Source of the DNA: an uncultured Clostridia bacterium
GTDB lineage: Bacteria > Bacillota > Clostridia > Christensenellales > UBA1242
Reading direction: 5' to 3'
NCBI GenBank assembly: GCA_944372335.1
Contig: CALVYQ010000003.1
Span: 1,410-65,409, forward strand
DNA length: 64,000 bases
The translations under genes and the position numbers were made by a program. The notes under the pieces were generated by a model, which saw nothing but the letters and a program-made list of their open reading frames with translations, ran no database searches and was not told the origin of the DNA. How positions within the stretch are numbered: the first letter of the stretch is position 1; each line of letters opens with the position of its first letter. Below are positions 31,467-42,600 of this stretch, in pieces.

Positions 31467-31542
31467 TGTAGTATCGAAATTTTATTGATTAATGTCTTTA
31501 AAATAATATGGTTAAAATAATAAATTTATTAGGAGTTTTAAA

Positions 31543-32832
31543 TTGGAAAACAAATTGATTACACCAAGAAAAATACAGGGCTTTTGGGAACTTATGCCAA
31601 GTGAAGAGGCTTTATTTGAAGATATGCTTACTCGTTTAAGAAAGGTATTTGAAAATAACTGCTTCCAGCCTCTTGATACCCCTGTTGCAGAATTTAGTGA
31701 GATTCTTCTTGCCAAAAGTGGTGGAGATGTTGATAAGGAAATCTATCGTTTCACAAAAGGACACGCTGATATCTGCTTAAGATATGATTTAACCGTTCCT
31801 CTTGCTAGATTTGTTGCTGGGAATATGAATGAACTTGATTTCCCATTTAAACGCTATCAAATAGGTAAAGTCTATCGTGGTGAACGTCCTCAAAAAGGAA
31901 GATTTCGGGAATTTTATCAATGTGATGCCGATGTTATTGGCGAAAATCTATCACTCACCTACGATGCAGAATGTATAAAGCTTTACGAACCTTGCTTTAA
32001 GGAGTTAAAGTTAGATGTCATGGTGGAGATTTCAAACAGAAAACTTCTTGCTGGCTACTTTGAAAGTCTTGGTGGAAATGTTGTGGAGCTTATGACCATT
32101 GTTGATAAGTTAGACAAATTGCCAAAAGAGGAAATTGTCGCACTTTTTAAAGACAAGGGCTTAAAAGATAAAGATATTGAAAATACGATGAAGCTTGTAG
32201 CTACAAAAGGAGATATTTTTGCAATTAAGACGCTCTCATCAATCTGCGAAAATGAGACTTTTAAAAAGGGCATGCAAGAATTAGAAACTGTAGATTCCTA
32301 TCTCAAAGCCCTTGGTATGCAAAATTACCTTTATAACCTTTCCATAGTGCGTGGGCATGACTACTACACCGGCACAGTGTTTGAGTGCTATATAAAGGGC
32401 AAGCGAAATCTTGGTGCTATCGGTGGCGGTGGAAGATATGACAATCTTTGCAAAAACTTTATGGAAACAAAGATGGAAGGTGTTGGTATGAGCATCGGCA
32501 TTACCCGCCTATTTGATATTCTAAGAAACGAAAACTTGCTTAATACAGAAAATTATGCAAGCGTTGAACTAGGAATCATAACTTTCAATGAAACTCTGAT
32601 GGCTGGATTAACACTTATGAGTAAATTTAGAGATGAAGGCGTTAAAGCGGATATCATAAACGAAACTAAATCTTTCAAGGCAAAGATGAAAGAAGCTAAT
32701 AAGCGTAACCTGCCATACATCATAATCTTAGGAGAAGATGAGGTAAAAGCTGGTATCTACACCTTAAAGGATATGCGAACAGGCGAACAAGAAAAATTAA
32801 AATTTGATGAAATATTAGAAAAACTGAAATAA
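31543..32832 (+). CDS. hisS: histidine--tRNA ligase
   Basis: Class II motifs RYDLTVPLARF, KRYQIGKVYRGERPQKGRFREFYQCD and GGGGRYDNL. TTG start 8 nt after an AGGAG RBS. Confidence 0.88.
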   Translation: MENKLITPRKIQGFWELMPSEEALFEDMLTRLRKVFENNCFQPLDTPVAEFSEILLAKSGGDVDKEIYRFTKGHADICLRYDLTVPLARFVAGNMNELDFPFKRYQIGKVYRGERPQKGRFREFYQCDADVIGENLSLTYDAECIKLYEPCFKELKLDVMVEISNRKLLAGYFESLGGNVVELMTIVDKLDKLPKEEIVALFKDKGLKDKDIENTMKLVATKGDIFAIKTLSSICENETFKKGMQELETVDSYLKALGMQNYLYNLSIVRGHDYYTGTVFECYIKGKRNLGAIGGGGRYDNLCKNFMETKMEGVGMSIGITRLFDILRNENLLNTENYASVELGIITFNETLMAGLTLMSKFRDEGVKADIINETKSFKAKMKEANKRNLPYIIILGEDEVKAGIYTLKDMRTGEQEKLKFDEILEKLK

Positions 32833-32848
32833 ATTAAAAGAGGTAAAT

Positions 32849-34543
32849 ATGGAAAAGAAAAAAATTCTAGTCACATCAGCACTTTTATATATCAATGGAC
32901 TTCCTCACCTAGGCCACGTGGCTGGCTGTTGGCTACCGGGAGATATTTTTGCACGCTTCAACAGGACTTATGGCAATGACACAATCTATGTCAGCGGAAC
33001 AGATGATTATGGCACAACAAGTTATATGAGTGCAAAAGAGCTTGGCATGGAACCAAGTGCGTATATCAAACTGATGAATGACAAAATGAAAAAGATTGCA
33101 GATAAACTCAACATCAGCTTTGATATATTCAGTGGAACAAACACCGATGTTCACACAGAAATAACCTGCGAAATCTTCAATGAACTTTATAAAAATGGCT
33201 TCATATCTGAAAAAGAGAGCAAGATGTGCTTTTGTGAACATGATAAAATAGCTCTTGCTGACAGATTTGTCTATGGCACTTGTCCTCACTGCGGTTATGA
33301 CAAGGCTTATGGCGACCAATGCGACAACTGCGGTAAGACTTATGATATTGAAGAACTTATCTCTCCTAAGTGTGCTTTTTGCGGGCAAGAAGCTGTATTC
33401 AAAAACACAAAGCACCTATATATTCGCTTGGACAAACTGCAAAACGACTTAAAAAAATGGTTAGATAGCAAAAAAGATGTCTTCCGCACTTATGTCTATA
33501 ACATGGCTTACAAGTGGATAAATGAAGGACTTAATCCTCGCTGTATCACACGTGACATTCAATGGGGAATTAAAGTGCCACTTAAAGGCTTTGAAGATAA
33601 AGTTTTCTATGTCTGGTTCGATGCTCCAATTGGATATATCTCCATAACCAAAGAACTTGGTGGAGAGGAAATGGTGAAAGACCGTTGGCAAAATGATGAA
33701 TGTGAGATATATAACTTTATCGGCAAAGATAACATCGACTTTCACGCAGTCTTCTTTCCATGCGTGGAACTAGGAAGCAAAAAATATAATCTAGCACATA
33801 ATGTTGTCGGCTTTAACTTCTTAAACTTTGAAGGGCAAAAATTTTCTAAATCTAAAAAAGTGGGGATTTTCTGTGAAAGCCTGCTTGAAAGCGATATTGA
33901 CATCGACAGTTTGCGTGCATACATTCTTTCTATTTTCCCTGAAAATAAGGATAGTGACTTCTCTTATGAAGGCTTTAAACTTAACACAAACGCCGAACTT
34001 GTTGGGAAATATGGCAATTTCTTCAACCGTACTTTAAATATGATAAACAAAAACTTTGTTGGTGAGATTGGAATAGACTTTGAAGATATTAAAGACAAAT
34101 TAGATGAAAATGACAAAGAGATGGTTGATGCAATAACCTCCTGCCCTACCACAATCGCTGAACTTTTCAAGCAGACAGAATTTAGAGCTGCCTACAAAGA
34201 GATTATGCGTTATGCTTCTATTGGAAACACCTATCTTGAAAAGACGGCACCTTGGTCACTTATTAAAAATGGCGATGTGGAAAGTGCTAAAAAGGTGCTA
34301 TATCTCTGTCTCAATATGGCAAAATCGCTTGCAATAGTTGGTAGTCCAATTATGCCGACCAAAACTGCTGAGATTTGGGAGCAACTTGGCTTTAACGGTC
34401 GTCCAGATGAAAATGGTCGCTGGTTAGAAGCTTCAAAGATTGATATTTCAAAAGCACATAAAATAAACTCACCAAAACCACTTTTTATGCGTTTAGATGA
34501 TGAAACAATAGAACGTTATAAAAAAGAATTGCAAGCAAAATAA
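32849..34543 (+). CDS. metG: methionine--tRNA ligase
   Basis: LPHLGHVAG (HIGH-type), zinc knuckles CPHCG..CDNCG..CAFCG, and KFSKSK (KMSKS-type). Confidence 0.93.
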   Translation: MEKKKILVTSALLYINGLPHLGHVAGCWLPGDIFARFNRTYGNDTIYVSGTDDYGTTSYMSAKELGMEPSAYIKLMNDKMKKIADKLNISFDIFSGTNTDVHTEITCEIFNELYKNGFISEKESKMCFCEHDKIALADRFVYGTCPHCGYDKAYGDQCDNCGKTYDIEELISPKCAFCGQEAVFKNTKHLYIRLDKLQNDLKKWLDSKKDVFRTYVYNMAYKWINEGLNPRCITRDIQWGIKVPLKGFEDKVFYVWFDAPIGYISITKELGGEEMVKDRWQNDECEIYNFIGKDNIDFHAVFFPCVELGSKKYNLAHNVVGFNFLNFEGQKFSKSKKVGIFCESLLESDIDIDSLRAYILSIFPENKDSDFSYEGFKLNTNAELVGKYGNFFNRTLNMINKNFVGEIGIDFEDIKDKLDENDKEMVDAITSCPTTIAELFKQTEFRAAYKEIMRYASIGNTYLEKTAPWSLIKNGDVESAKKVLYLCLNMAKSLAIVGSPIMPTKTAEIWEQLGFNGRPDENGRWLEASKIDISKAHKINSPKPLFMRLDDETIERYKKELQAK

Positions 34544-34563
34544 AAATTAATAATATCAAAATT

Positions 34564-34592
34564 AAAAAAAGCATTATAAAAATGCTTTTTTT
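34564..34592. terminator. bidirectional terminator between convergent metG and the GmrSD-like gene
   Basis: aaaagcatt-ataaa-aatgctttt, with A-runs and T-runs on both sides. Confidence 0.7.
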
Positions 34593-34621
34593 ATATTATT
34601 TTTATAAAAATAATTTATTTA

Positions 34622-36439
34622 TTATAATTTTTTATAATATTCTTCTATTTTTTTAGCCATTAATTTTCTTCTTGCAGGTAAAAAATCATTTAAAAATTTT
34701 GAAGAGTCCCAATTGATAATATCAAGAGGAATACAATTCTGCTTAAGATTTTCTTCTAATTCCTGAGTGGTCATTGGATAACCAAATACCATATTTGTAT
34801 TCTTTGCACTCTCAAAGGCTTCACTAAAGTATATATTAGGAGCTTTTTCACCTATAATAACATTTGTTGGCGTGTCTAAATATGCGTAGTTAGCTACTTG
34901 ATTATATATCGCTCTATTGTCTAGTGCACTATTTTTACGTAAATACGATTTTGGAAATATATGATGTACGTCACTTGAACCAAATAAATCACGAACAGTA
35001 GAAGTAGAAGAGAATAATCCCTTGTCACCATTTACAATTTGAGCAGCAAAATATGCCGACAATATCGGAGATGCACTATTAGGAGTCTCCAACCTTTGAG
35101 GTAAAGAAAACTCCCAAAAAGCATTAGACATCTCTGCATTTTCTATCTCTTGCAAGCATTGAACAACTCCCCTTTCTTTTATGTTTTTAATGTCATTATC
35201 CATCTTAGACTCAGTTGAAGCTGAATATCTTCCTGTCAAAATTGACATAACGAACCATTTGGCAACATACCTTTTTATTTCTGTTTTTTCTAATTCATTT
35301 GAATTAACTAGTGTCAAATAAACAACGTAAGCAAAATCCAAAGCATTTTGAGAGCTTATCAATTTTTTACTAATAAAGCCTGTACTCTTTATAGCCAAAA
35401 CGAATTGTTCAAAATAGTATTGATGCATAAAATGCTGTATGCCAACCGTAAGTTTGTTAAATGAGTCTTCTGCAATTTCTTCTTTATAGTCACGAGTATC
35501 AAAATCACGCCCTGATAACAAACTAACCAAATCTTTTAATTTTCCTCTTGAAAACATATGGATAAAAGAAACTCGCAACATATCTTCATAGGAAGGAATG
35601 TAAATTGAAGAATCATAATCTTTTAACCATAACATTGCATTGCCTAAGTCATTATCAAAGAAATCTTTGTCACTATTTTTTATTTTATTATAAAATGATG
35701 GATCTATTGCAATATGACAGAAATAATCTATAGCTTTTCTTAGTTTGTCTCCGCCATACTTTTCATCTGCGGCAATCTTACTCATAACAAAATCTGCTTG
35801 ACTTAGCGACTCTCCTTTAGAATTTATTCTTATAAAAATTTCTGTTACTGTATCAATATCTAGTTCTGAAGCCAACTCAATTATTCCAATCTCTCTACTT
35901 GTGATATTTTTTATATCTTGTAGTTTGTTATAAAAATCTTGTTCGGTAATTTCAGGATTATCGGCACAATATTTCTTAATAAAAGTAAGTATATCAAAAT
36001 TTTGTTTGAAAAATATTGAAATATCTTCTATCCATTTTTTGCTTTTTAAATGCGATTGATCCTGTACCTCAAAAATATTTTCATCACCTTTAGCAAAAGG
36101 ATTATAAGCAATTTTAATAACCTTTTCCTTATATTCATTATCAAGTATAGGTAGGCCTAATACGGCCGTCATTAAAGCGGACACTCTTTGCTGTCCATCA
36201 ATCAAAATTCTTTGTCCTTTTGATAAACTTCCATCTTTCAATTTCATATCATGGCTTCTACTTACAATCGAATAACCAACAGGATATCCTCTATAGAGCG
36301 AATCAATTAAATCTCTTACCTGTTTTGCTTTCCAAACAAAAGGACGTTGTATATCTGGCACAACCACATCGTTAGAATTAATCCAACTTAAAATAGTGCT
36401 CACTGAATGTTTGTCAATTTCATATTTTTGTTCCATCAA
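34622..36439 (-). CDS. GmrSD-family protein (DUF262 N-terminal, DUF1524 His-Me nuclease C-terminal), putative type IV restriction/defence enzyme
   Basis: N-terminal VVPDIQRPFVWK and LIDGQQRVSAL (DUF262 signatures). C-terminal SDVHHIFPKSYL (DUF1524-type H..H) with downstream N/D/E residues. Confidence 0.8.
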   Translation of the reverse strand: MMEQKYEIDKHSVSTILSWINSNDVVVPDIQRPFVWKAKQVRDLIDSLYRGYPVGYSIVSRSHDMKLKDGSLSKGQRILIDGQQRVSALMTAVLGLPILDNEYKEKVIKIAYNPFAKGDENIFEVQDQSHLKSKKWIEDISIFFKQNFDILTFIKKYCADNPEITEQDFYNKLQDIKNITSREIGIIELASELDIDTVTEIFIRINSKGESLSQADFVMSKIAADEKYGGDKLRKAIDYFCHIAIDPSFYNKIKNSDKDFFDNDLGNAMLWLKDYDSSIYIPSYEDMLRVSFIHMFSRGKLKDLVSLLSGRDFDTRDYKEEIAEDSFNKLTVGIQHFMHQYYFEQFVLAIKSTGFISKKLISSQNALDFAYVVYLTLVNSNELEKTEIKRYVAKWFVMSILTGRYSASTESKMDNDIKNIKERGVVQCLQEIENAEMSNAFWEFSLPQRLETPNSASPILSAYFAAQIVNGDKGLFSSTSTVRDLFGSSDVHHIFPKSYLRKNSALDNRAIYNQVANYAYLDTPTNVIIGEKAPNIYFSEAFESAKNTNMVFGYPMTTQELEENLKQNCIPLDIINWDSSKFLNDFLPARRKLMAKKIEEYYKKL

Positions 36440-36577
36440 ACTTTTCTCCCTTATCTTTATTACTTTTATAGTATAGCATATATCTACTAATTTTGTATCA
36501 AAATATATTAAATAAAATTTATTATTTTCTTTTAAAGAAACTTTAAGCTATAAGAGTAAAATATAAGCTGATTACCA

Positions 36578-36611
36578 AGAAAAAACACCTTAACAATTTT
36601 AGTTAAAGTGT
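36578..36611 (-). terminator. terminator of the giant gene
   Basis: Minus strand: acactttaac-7 nt-gttaaggtgt (one mismatch) followed by ttttttc. Confidence 0.6.
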
Positions 36612-36621
36612 TTTTATATTT

Positions 36622-39600
36622 TTATGAAATTACACTATTCATATATTGGTTGCGATAGTAGTTATTTGTGTTTATCCAATAACCACCTGCTATGCCTCCA
36701 CTGTTATCCTCATAGGAAGATTTAAGTTGATATGCATTTGTGTTGTAACCGTCTGCATCATTGTTAGAATACAAATCTAAGGATACCAAGATGCTGGACA
36801 TATCAATTGTAAGTCCCGTGATACTATCGATGAATGCGTAAGTCTTCTCTAGTTGTGCTCCTGTTTCATCTTTATAATATCCTGGATATTTTTTAGTACC
36901 TAAATTAACATTCATATTTTGAGCACCGTCATCTCCCAATAAGCTCGGGCCGTCAAGTGTCAAGGTCATATTTTCGCAAGTTTCATCAGTTGTAAAGGCC
37001 ACTAAAGTTTCCTCAAGTGAAGGATTTGCCTCTATTGAATTGATAATTTCTATAATCATATCCGGAAGATTTATTCCGAGGAAAGATTCTTTCACTCCAA
37101 GAGAATCCAAAATTATTTTGGTTAAATTCGGCATAATTTCAGCGCTAGAATAGGTGTTTCTGTCAACCGAATCTTGCACAACTTTTGTCCACTCTTTACC
37201 TATCCAATCAGTCCAAGTCCTATGCGTCTCACTAGTGATGGAGTATCTATTGAAGGTTAAACTGTTATCTTTAAATTCAAAAGTCACCATTCTTGTATCA
37301 AAATCACCATTAAATACCCATGACGCTAATGTACTTGTTTGAAGTTCAACTTGTGCAAAGATATATGGATTATTTATATCCTCAATGTTTGCATACAAAT
37401 CAATGTTCATATCCAAAGTTATTATACCAATAATATCTACTGTCACAGTACCTTTAAAGTTAAAGTTCTTTGTGTTCAAGGTATTAACTGCTGTGTCGAT
37501 AAATTCTGGCAAATTACTCAAATTGTGATGAGTCGCTGTTGTGTCATAATCAAAGTTGCTTGCACTAAACTCTTGAACCTCAATTGTGGCTGATAAGTCA
37601 GAGCCAAGTGAGAAAGAAATGCTATCAAGATTTCCCTCTTTATCAAACAGTATCTCAAGTTTTCCACTATTTTCATTCATGTTGAAATCAACTGCAAAGA
37701 TATAGTTATTTACATCTTTAACAAAGGAGATATTTTCAAGCATCTTCAAAATGCCAGATATATCACTAAGCAAACTATCGACCTGTGTGATTTCGTCACT
37801 CACATCATTTTTGGTAATGCCTAATAATTCATGCAAGTAGCTGAAATCTGTGGTTGATTTATCCAAATCCCAGCTATTCATCATGCTATCACTAAGTTCG
37901 ATGTTTGTAATGCCAAGTATCATAGATATCATATCACTCATGCTGACATTTTCGATGTGTCCACGGAATTTTGTGTCAGTGCCAATGAAATTACCATGAG
38001 CATAAGTGAAGTAAAGTCCACTGTCTGCCTTTTCATTGCTGTCATAAAGTAGAGAGATTTCGTGCTTGTTATTTATATCTGCATTTACATCGCCTGTTGT
38101 TAAAGTTAAATCACTCTGAACCTTCAAGCCTCTGCCACCAAATAGACTTGATGAAACATTTTCATCGTCTTTATCAGTAAGTTCAACAAGTGCATCTCCA
38201 GAAACTCCAATATTTCCCATATTTACAGAGAGTCCAACTTGATACTGATTGGAATTTATATAGGAATATACGGCTTTGACAAGTGGAAGGAGCACTTGAT
38301 AGCTTGTAAATTCGTCCGTTCCATAGATGCCATCTTTACCTTTTACGCTTATAACATTGCCGTCTTCACCGAAGGTCATATCGTCCATAAATAAACTGTT
38401 CTTTCCGATGGCAACATTTGTGAGATAGATAGCAAAATTCTTATCCTTTGTGACAGGCTCTTCATTTTCTAACCACCACTCTTCGTAACTATCATAAGTA
38501 TCAGTGTTAGGGTCGATTATATTTGCCCCAATTACTAGTTTTGTTGGATAAATCTTACTATTTGTGTTTTCGCCAAAGGCTTGCAAAACGATGTTTGCAA
38601 ATTTCGCACTATCCGTATATTGTAAGTCATCACCGATATTAATCTGAACACCACCTTCTATCCAATTGGCACTGATGCTGTTTAAAGCAGGAAGAATTAC
38701 TTTAAATGTGGAAGTCAAATTCTCAAGTCCCGCTATCGTCATCTTCAAATCATCACTTACAAAGGTTAAAATTTCATCAATCGTTTCTTCTTGTAGATTG
38801 AATGTTAACCTTAAGCCATGTAAGTCAAGATAGATTTCATCGTCAAGAAGATAGATGTATGTTTCAATGTTCATTGCACTTGTATATACTCGCACATAAG
38901 GCACGTATTCGTCAGCTTTTCTCACTATCATAGCAAGCATATCACCATAGAATGATGTTGTGCTGTATCTAACTGCCAAGTCGCCTGAAATTGCATAGGT
39001 ATAGTCATCTATCTTAATATCATCAACAAGATTGAATATGTGCGAAATATCCTCTTCCTCTCCGCTTGGCGTTGTTAATGTGAAGTCTTCAGCGTTTATC
39101 GTTACATCACTTAAATTTACGTTTACATCATAGCCTGAGATGTTCTTTGCAAATGCTAATCCAAAAGTCTTTGTCTCTTTATTGTAGGTCAATGCAATTT
39201 TGTTGTTTTCTAAGGAGATGTTGTAAGTCAATATGTTTTCTTCTTCACTCTCTGTTAATGTCAACTTCTTTAAGATGTCTAAAATATTGATATTCTTTAG
39301 GTCTATTCCAATCTCTGTGCTAACCTTGTCTAAGGCAGCTGCTGTATCCATGCTTACGCCAAACTCTGTGAGAAGTTCTGTGAGATTTACTTCGTTTAAG
39401 TCTAACTTCATGCTCTTCTCACCGATGGTTACATATACCGTGTTTGTGTCACCATAGAGGAATACGCTGAGTTTTAAGCCGTCAATATTTAAGTTTAAAT
39501 CTAGGTTGAAGTTCATACTCCCAATGTCAAACTTTCCTACTCCGCTAACAGAGGCTAGTTCTCCAACTATTAGGCCTACATTAAAGGTCAAATTGTCAGT

Positions 39601-42600
39601 TTTTACTACCTCTTTAAAGATATCTATTAAGTTCTCTGCTCTTACAAAGTCTGCAACACTTGTTGTGCCGTTGTTGGTTACAAGTGCTGATACTTTGCCA
39701 TCAGTAAATATGAAATTGTCAAGATTTTCAGCCTCTCCACCCAACAGCATATCGTCGAGCTTGATAGAAACTTTGTATTCTTTTTCATTCATTGTAGCTA
39801 AGGTGGAAATTTGGAGATAGTCCAACATCATTGTGCCGTTGTCATTGTAGGTTACAATATCTAAATCACTGTTAGATATTTTGATGCTTTCGTTAACCAC
39901 AATCTCTTTATCTAGACTTACATTAAAGCCATTTTCTAGTCCTGCAATCGTGATATCTGCAAGTGCTGGCAAGACAACTGTTATCGTCTCCACCGCCTCG
40001 GTGTTTAAATCAAATTCGTCTTGCAAAATAGTTGTAAGCTCTTCAATATTTAGTTCGTTGATATTAAGTGCAAATAATAACTGCTCAATGTTTAAATATA
40101 TCTCATCTTCAACTAAGTATGCATTTATCTTGATTCCATCAATCTCAGTGCTGAGTTTTAAATATGGCTGATATTCTTCGCCACTCTTTAATATCTCCGC
40201 TGTAATTCTTGCCTGATAAATCTTATCGTTAACTGATACTTCTGCTACAGCAGATATTGCATATCCATTCTCAAGTTTTGCTTTGTCGATAAGGTCAAAG
40301 ATTGGCGAAATATCCTCTTCCTCTCCGCTTGGCGTTGTTAATGTGAAGTCTTCAGCGTTTATCGTCACATCGCTTAAATTTACGTTTACATCATAGCCTG
40401 AGATGTTCTTTGTAAATTTTAGTCCAAAGATCTTTTGAGTTTTATCATAAGTCAAGGATATCTCATTCTCGTCTAAGCCGATTGTGTATGTTAAGATATG
40501 CTCTTCTTCATTCTCTGTTAAAGTCAACTTCTTTAAGATGTCTAAAATATTGATATTCTTTAGGTCTATTCCTATCTCTGTGCTAACCTTATCTAAAGCG
40601 TTTGCTGTATCCATGCTTACGCCAAACTCTGTAAGAAGTTCTGTGAGATTTATTTTGTTTAAGTCTAACTTCATACTCTTCTCGCCGATGGTTACATATA
40701 CCGTATTTGTGTCACCATAAAGGAATACGCTGAGTTTTAAGCCGTCAATATTTAAGTTTAAATCTAGGTTGAAGTTCATACTCCCGATATCAAACTTACC
40801 TACTCCGCTAACAGAGGCTAGTTCTCCAACCGATAAACTTACATTAAAGGTTAAATTGTCAGTTTTTACTACCTCTTTAAAGATATCTATTAAGTTCTCT
40901 GCTCTTACAAAGTCTGCAACACTTGTTGTGCCGTTGTTGGTTACAAGTGCTGATACTTTGCCATCAGTAAATATGAAATTGTCAAGATTTTCAGCCTCTC
41001 CACCCAACAGCATATCGTCGAGCTTGATAGAAACTTTGTATTCTTTTTCATTCATTGTAGCTAAGGTGGAAATTTGGAGATAGTCCAACATCATTGTGCC
41101 GTTGTCATTGTAGGTTACAATATCTAAATCACTGTTAGATATTTTGATGCTTTCGTTAACCACAATCTCTTTATCTAGACTTACATTAAAGCCATTTTCT
41201 AGTCCTGCAATCGTGATATCTGCAAGTGCTGGCAAGACAACTGTTATCGTCTCCACCGCCTCGGTGTTTAAATCAAATTCGTCTTGCAAAATAGTTGTAA
41301 GCTCTTCAATATTTAGTTCGTTGATATTAAGTGCAAATAATAACTGCTCAATGTTTAAATATATCTCATCTTCAACTAAGTATGCATTTATCTTGATTCC
41401 ATCAATCTCAGTGCTGAGTTTTAAATATGGCTGATATTCTTCGCCACTCTTTAATATCTCCGCTGTAATTCTTGCCTGATAAATCTTATCGTTAACTGAT
41501 ACTTCTGCTACAGCAGATATTGCATATCCATTCTCAAGTTTTGCTTTGTCGATAAGGTCAAAGATTGGCGAAATATCCTCTTCCTCTCCGCTTGGCGTTG
41601 TTAATGTGAAGTCTTCAGCGTTTATCGTTACATCACTTAAATTTACGTTTACATCATAGCCTGAGATGTTCTTTGCAATTTTTAGTCCAAAGGTCTTTTG
41701 GGTTTTGTCATAGGTCAAGGATATTTCATTCTCGTCTAAGCCGATTGTGTAAGTCAATACGTTCTCTTCTTCACTCTCTGTTAATGTTAACTTCTTTAAA
41801 ACATCTAAAATATTGATATTCTTTAAGTCAACTCCTATCTCCGTGCTAATCTTGTCTAAGGCAGCTGCTGTATCCATACTTACGCCAAACTCTGTAAGAA
41901 GCTCTGTGAGATTTATTTTGTTTAAGTCTAACTTCATGCTCTTCTCGCCGATGGTTACATATACCGTATTTGTGTCACCATAGAGGAATACGCTGAGTTT
42001 TAAGCCGTCAATATTTAAGTTTAAGTCTAGGTTGAAGTTCATACTCCCGATATCAAACTTTCCTACTCCGCTAACAGAGGCTAACTCGCCAACTGATAGA
42101 CTTACATTAAAGGTTAAATTGTCAGTCTTTACTACCTCTTTAAAGATATCTATTAAGTTCTCCAAATTAACGAAAGCTTGAACATCGGTCATGCCATTTT
42201 TTGTGTTGAGGCTTACCACTTCATTATCATTTAACATCATATCAGAGAGATATTGCGTATCTTTTCCAATCATAATATTGGAAAGTTCCGCACTTAACGC
42301 ATTTACCTCGCCATTTACGGTTAATTTCGTTGAAAGATTGAGTATGTCAGGCAAAATATTTTCATCGACTGTCTTGGTTTTTAACATAACAACCGTGTCA
42401 TCAATAGAAACTACATCATCAAAGAAAATTTCATCACCAAGCGTAAGAGTCAAACTGTTCTCAAGCACTTCTACTTCAAAATTTTCAAATGTAGGCATAA
42501 GCACACTGATTGCCATAAGAGCTTCCATATCTAAAGAGATGCCATACTCACTTAATAGCTTTTCTATTTCTGAAAAATCAACATTATTTAAATGAAGCTT

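Noticed and set aside
31402-31542. T-box leader upstream of hisS-metG (and upstream of glnS at 17511-17571).
   Set aside because: No specifier-loop or T-box sequence (such as ..GGTGGTACCGCG..) and no terminator/antiterminator pair is visible. The glnS leader is only about 60 nt.
34544-34621. dif/XerCD site or replication terminus at the convergent metG/GmrSD junction.
   Set aside because: The 78-bp gap is fully accounted for by a bidirectional terminator hairpin. Nothing resembles the Firmicute dif consensus.
39233-41434. Plus-strand ORFs (74-104 aa) occurring in duplicate inside the giant gene (39233, 39506, 39881 / 40484, 40769, 41144; also 42191, 43055, 43310).
   Set aside because: They are antisense to a continuous 7-kb ORF and lack RBSs. 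They appear twice only because the underlying 1263-bp DNA repeat is duplicated. Their Ser/Leu/Phe-rich composition is typical of antisense read-through.
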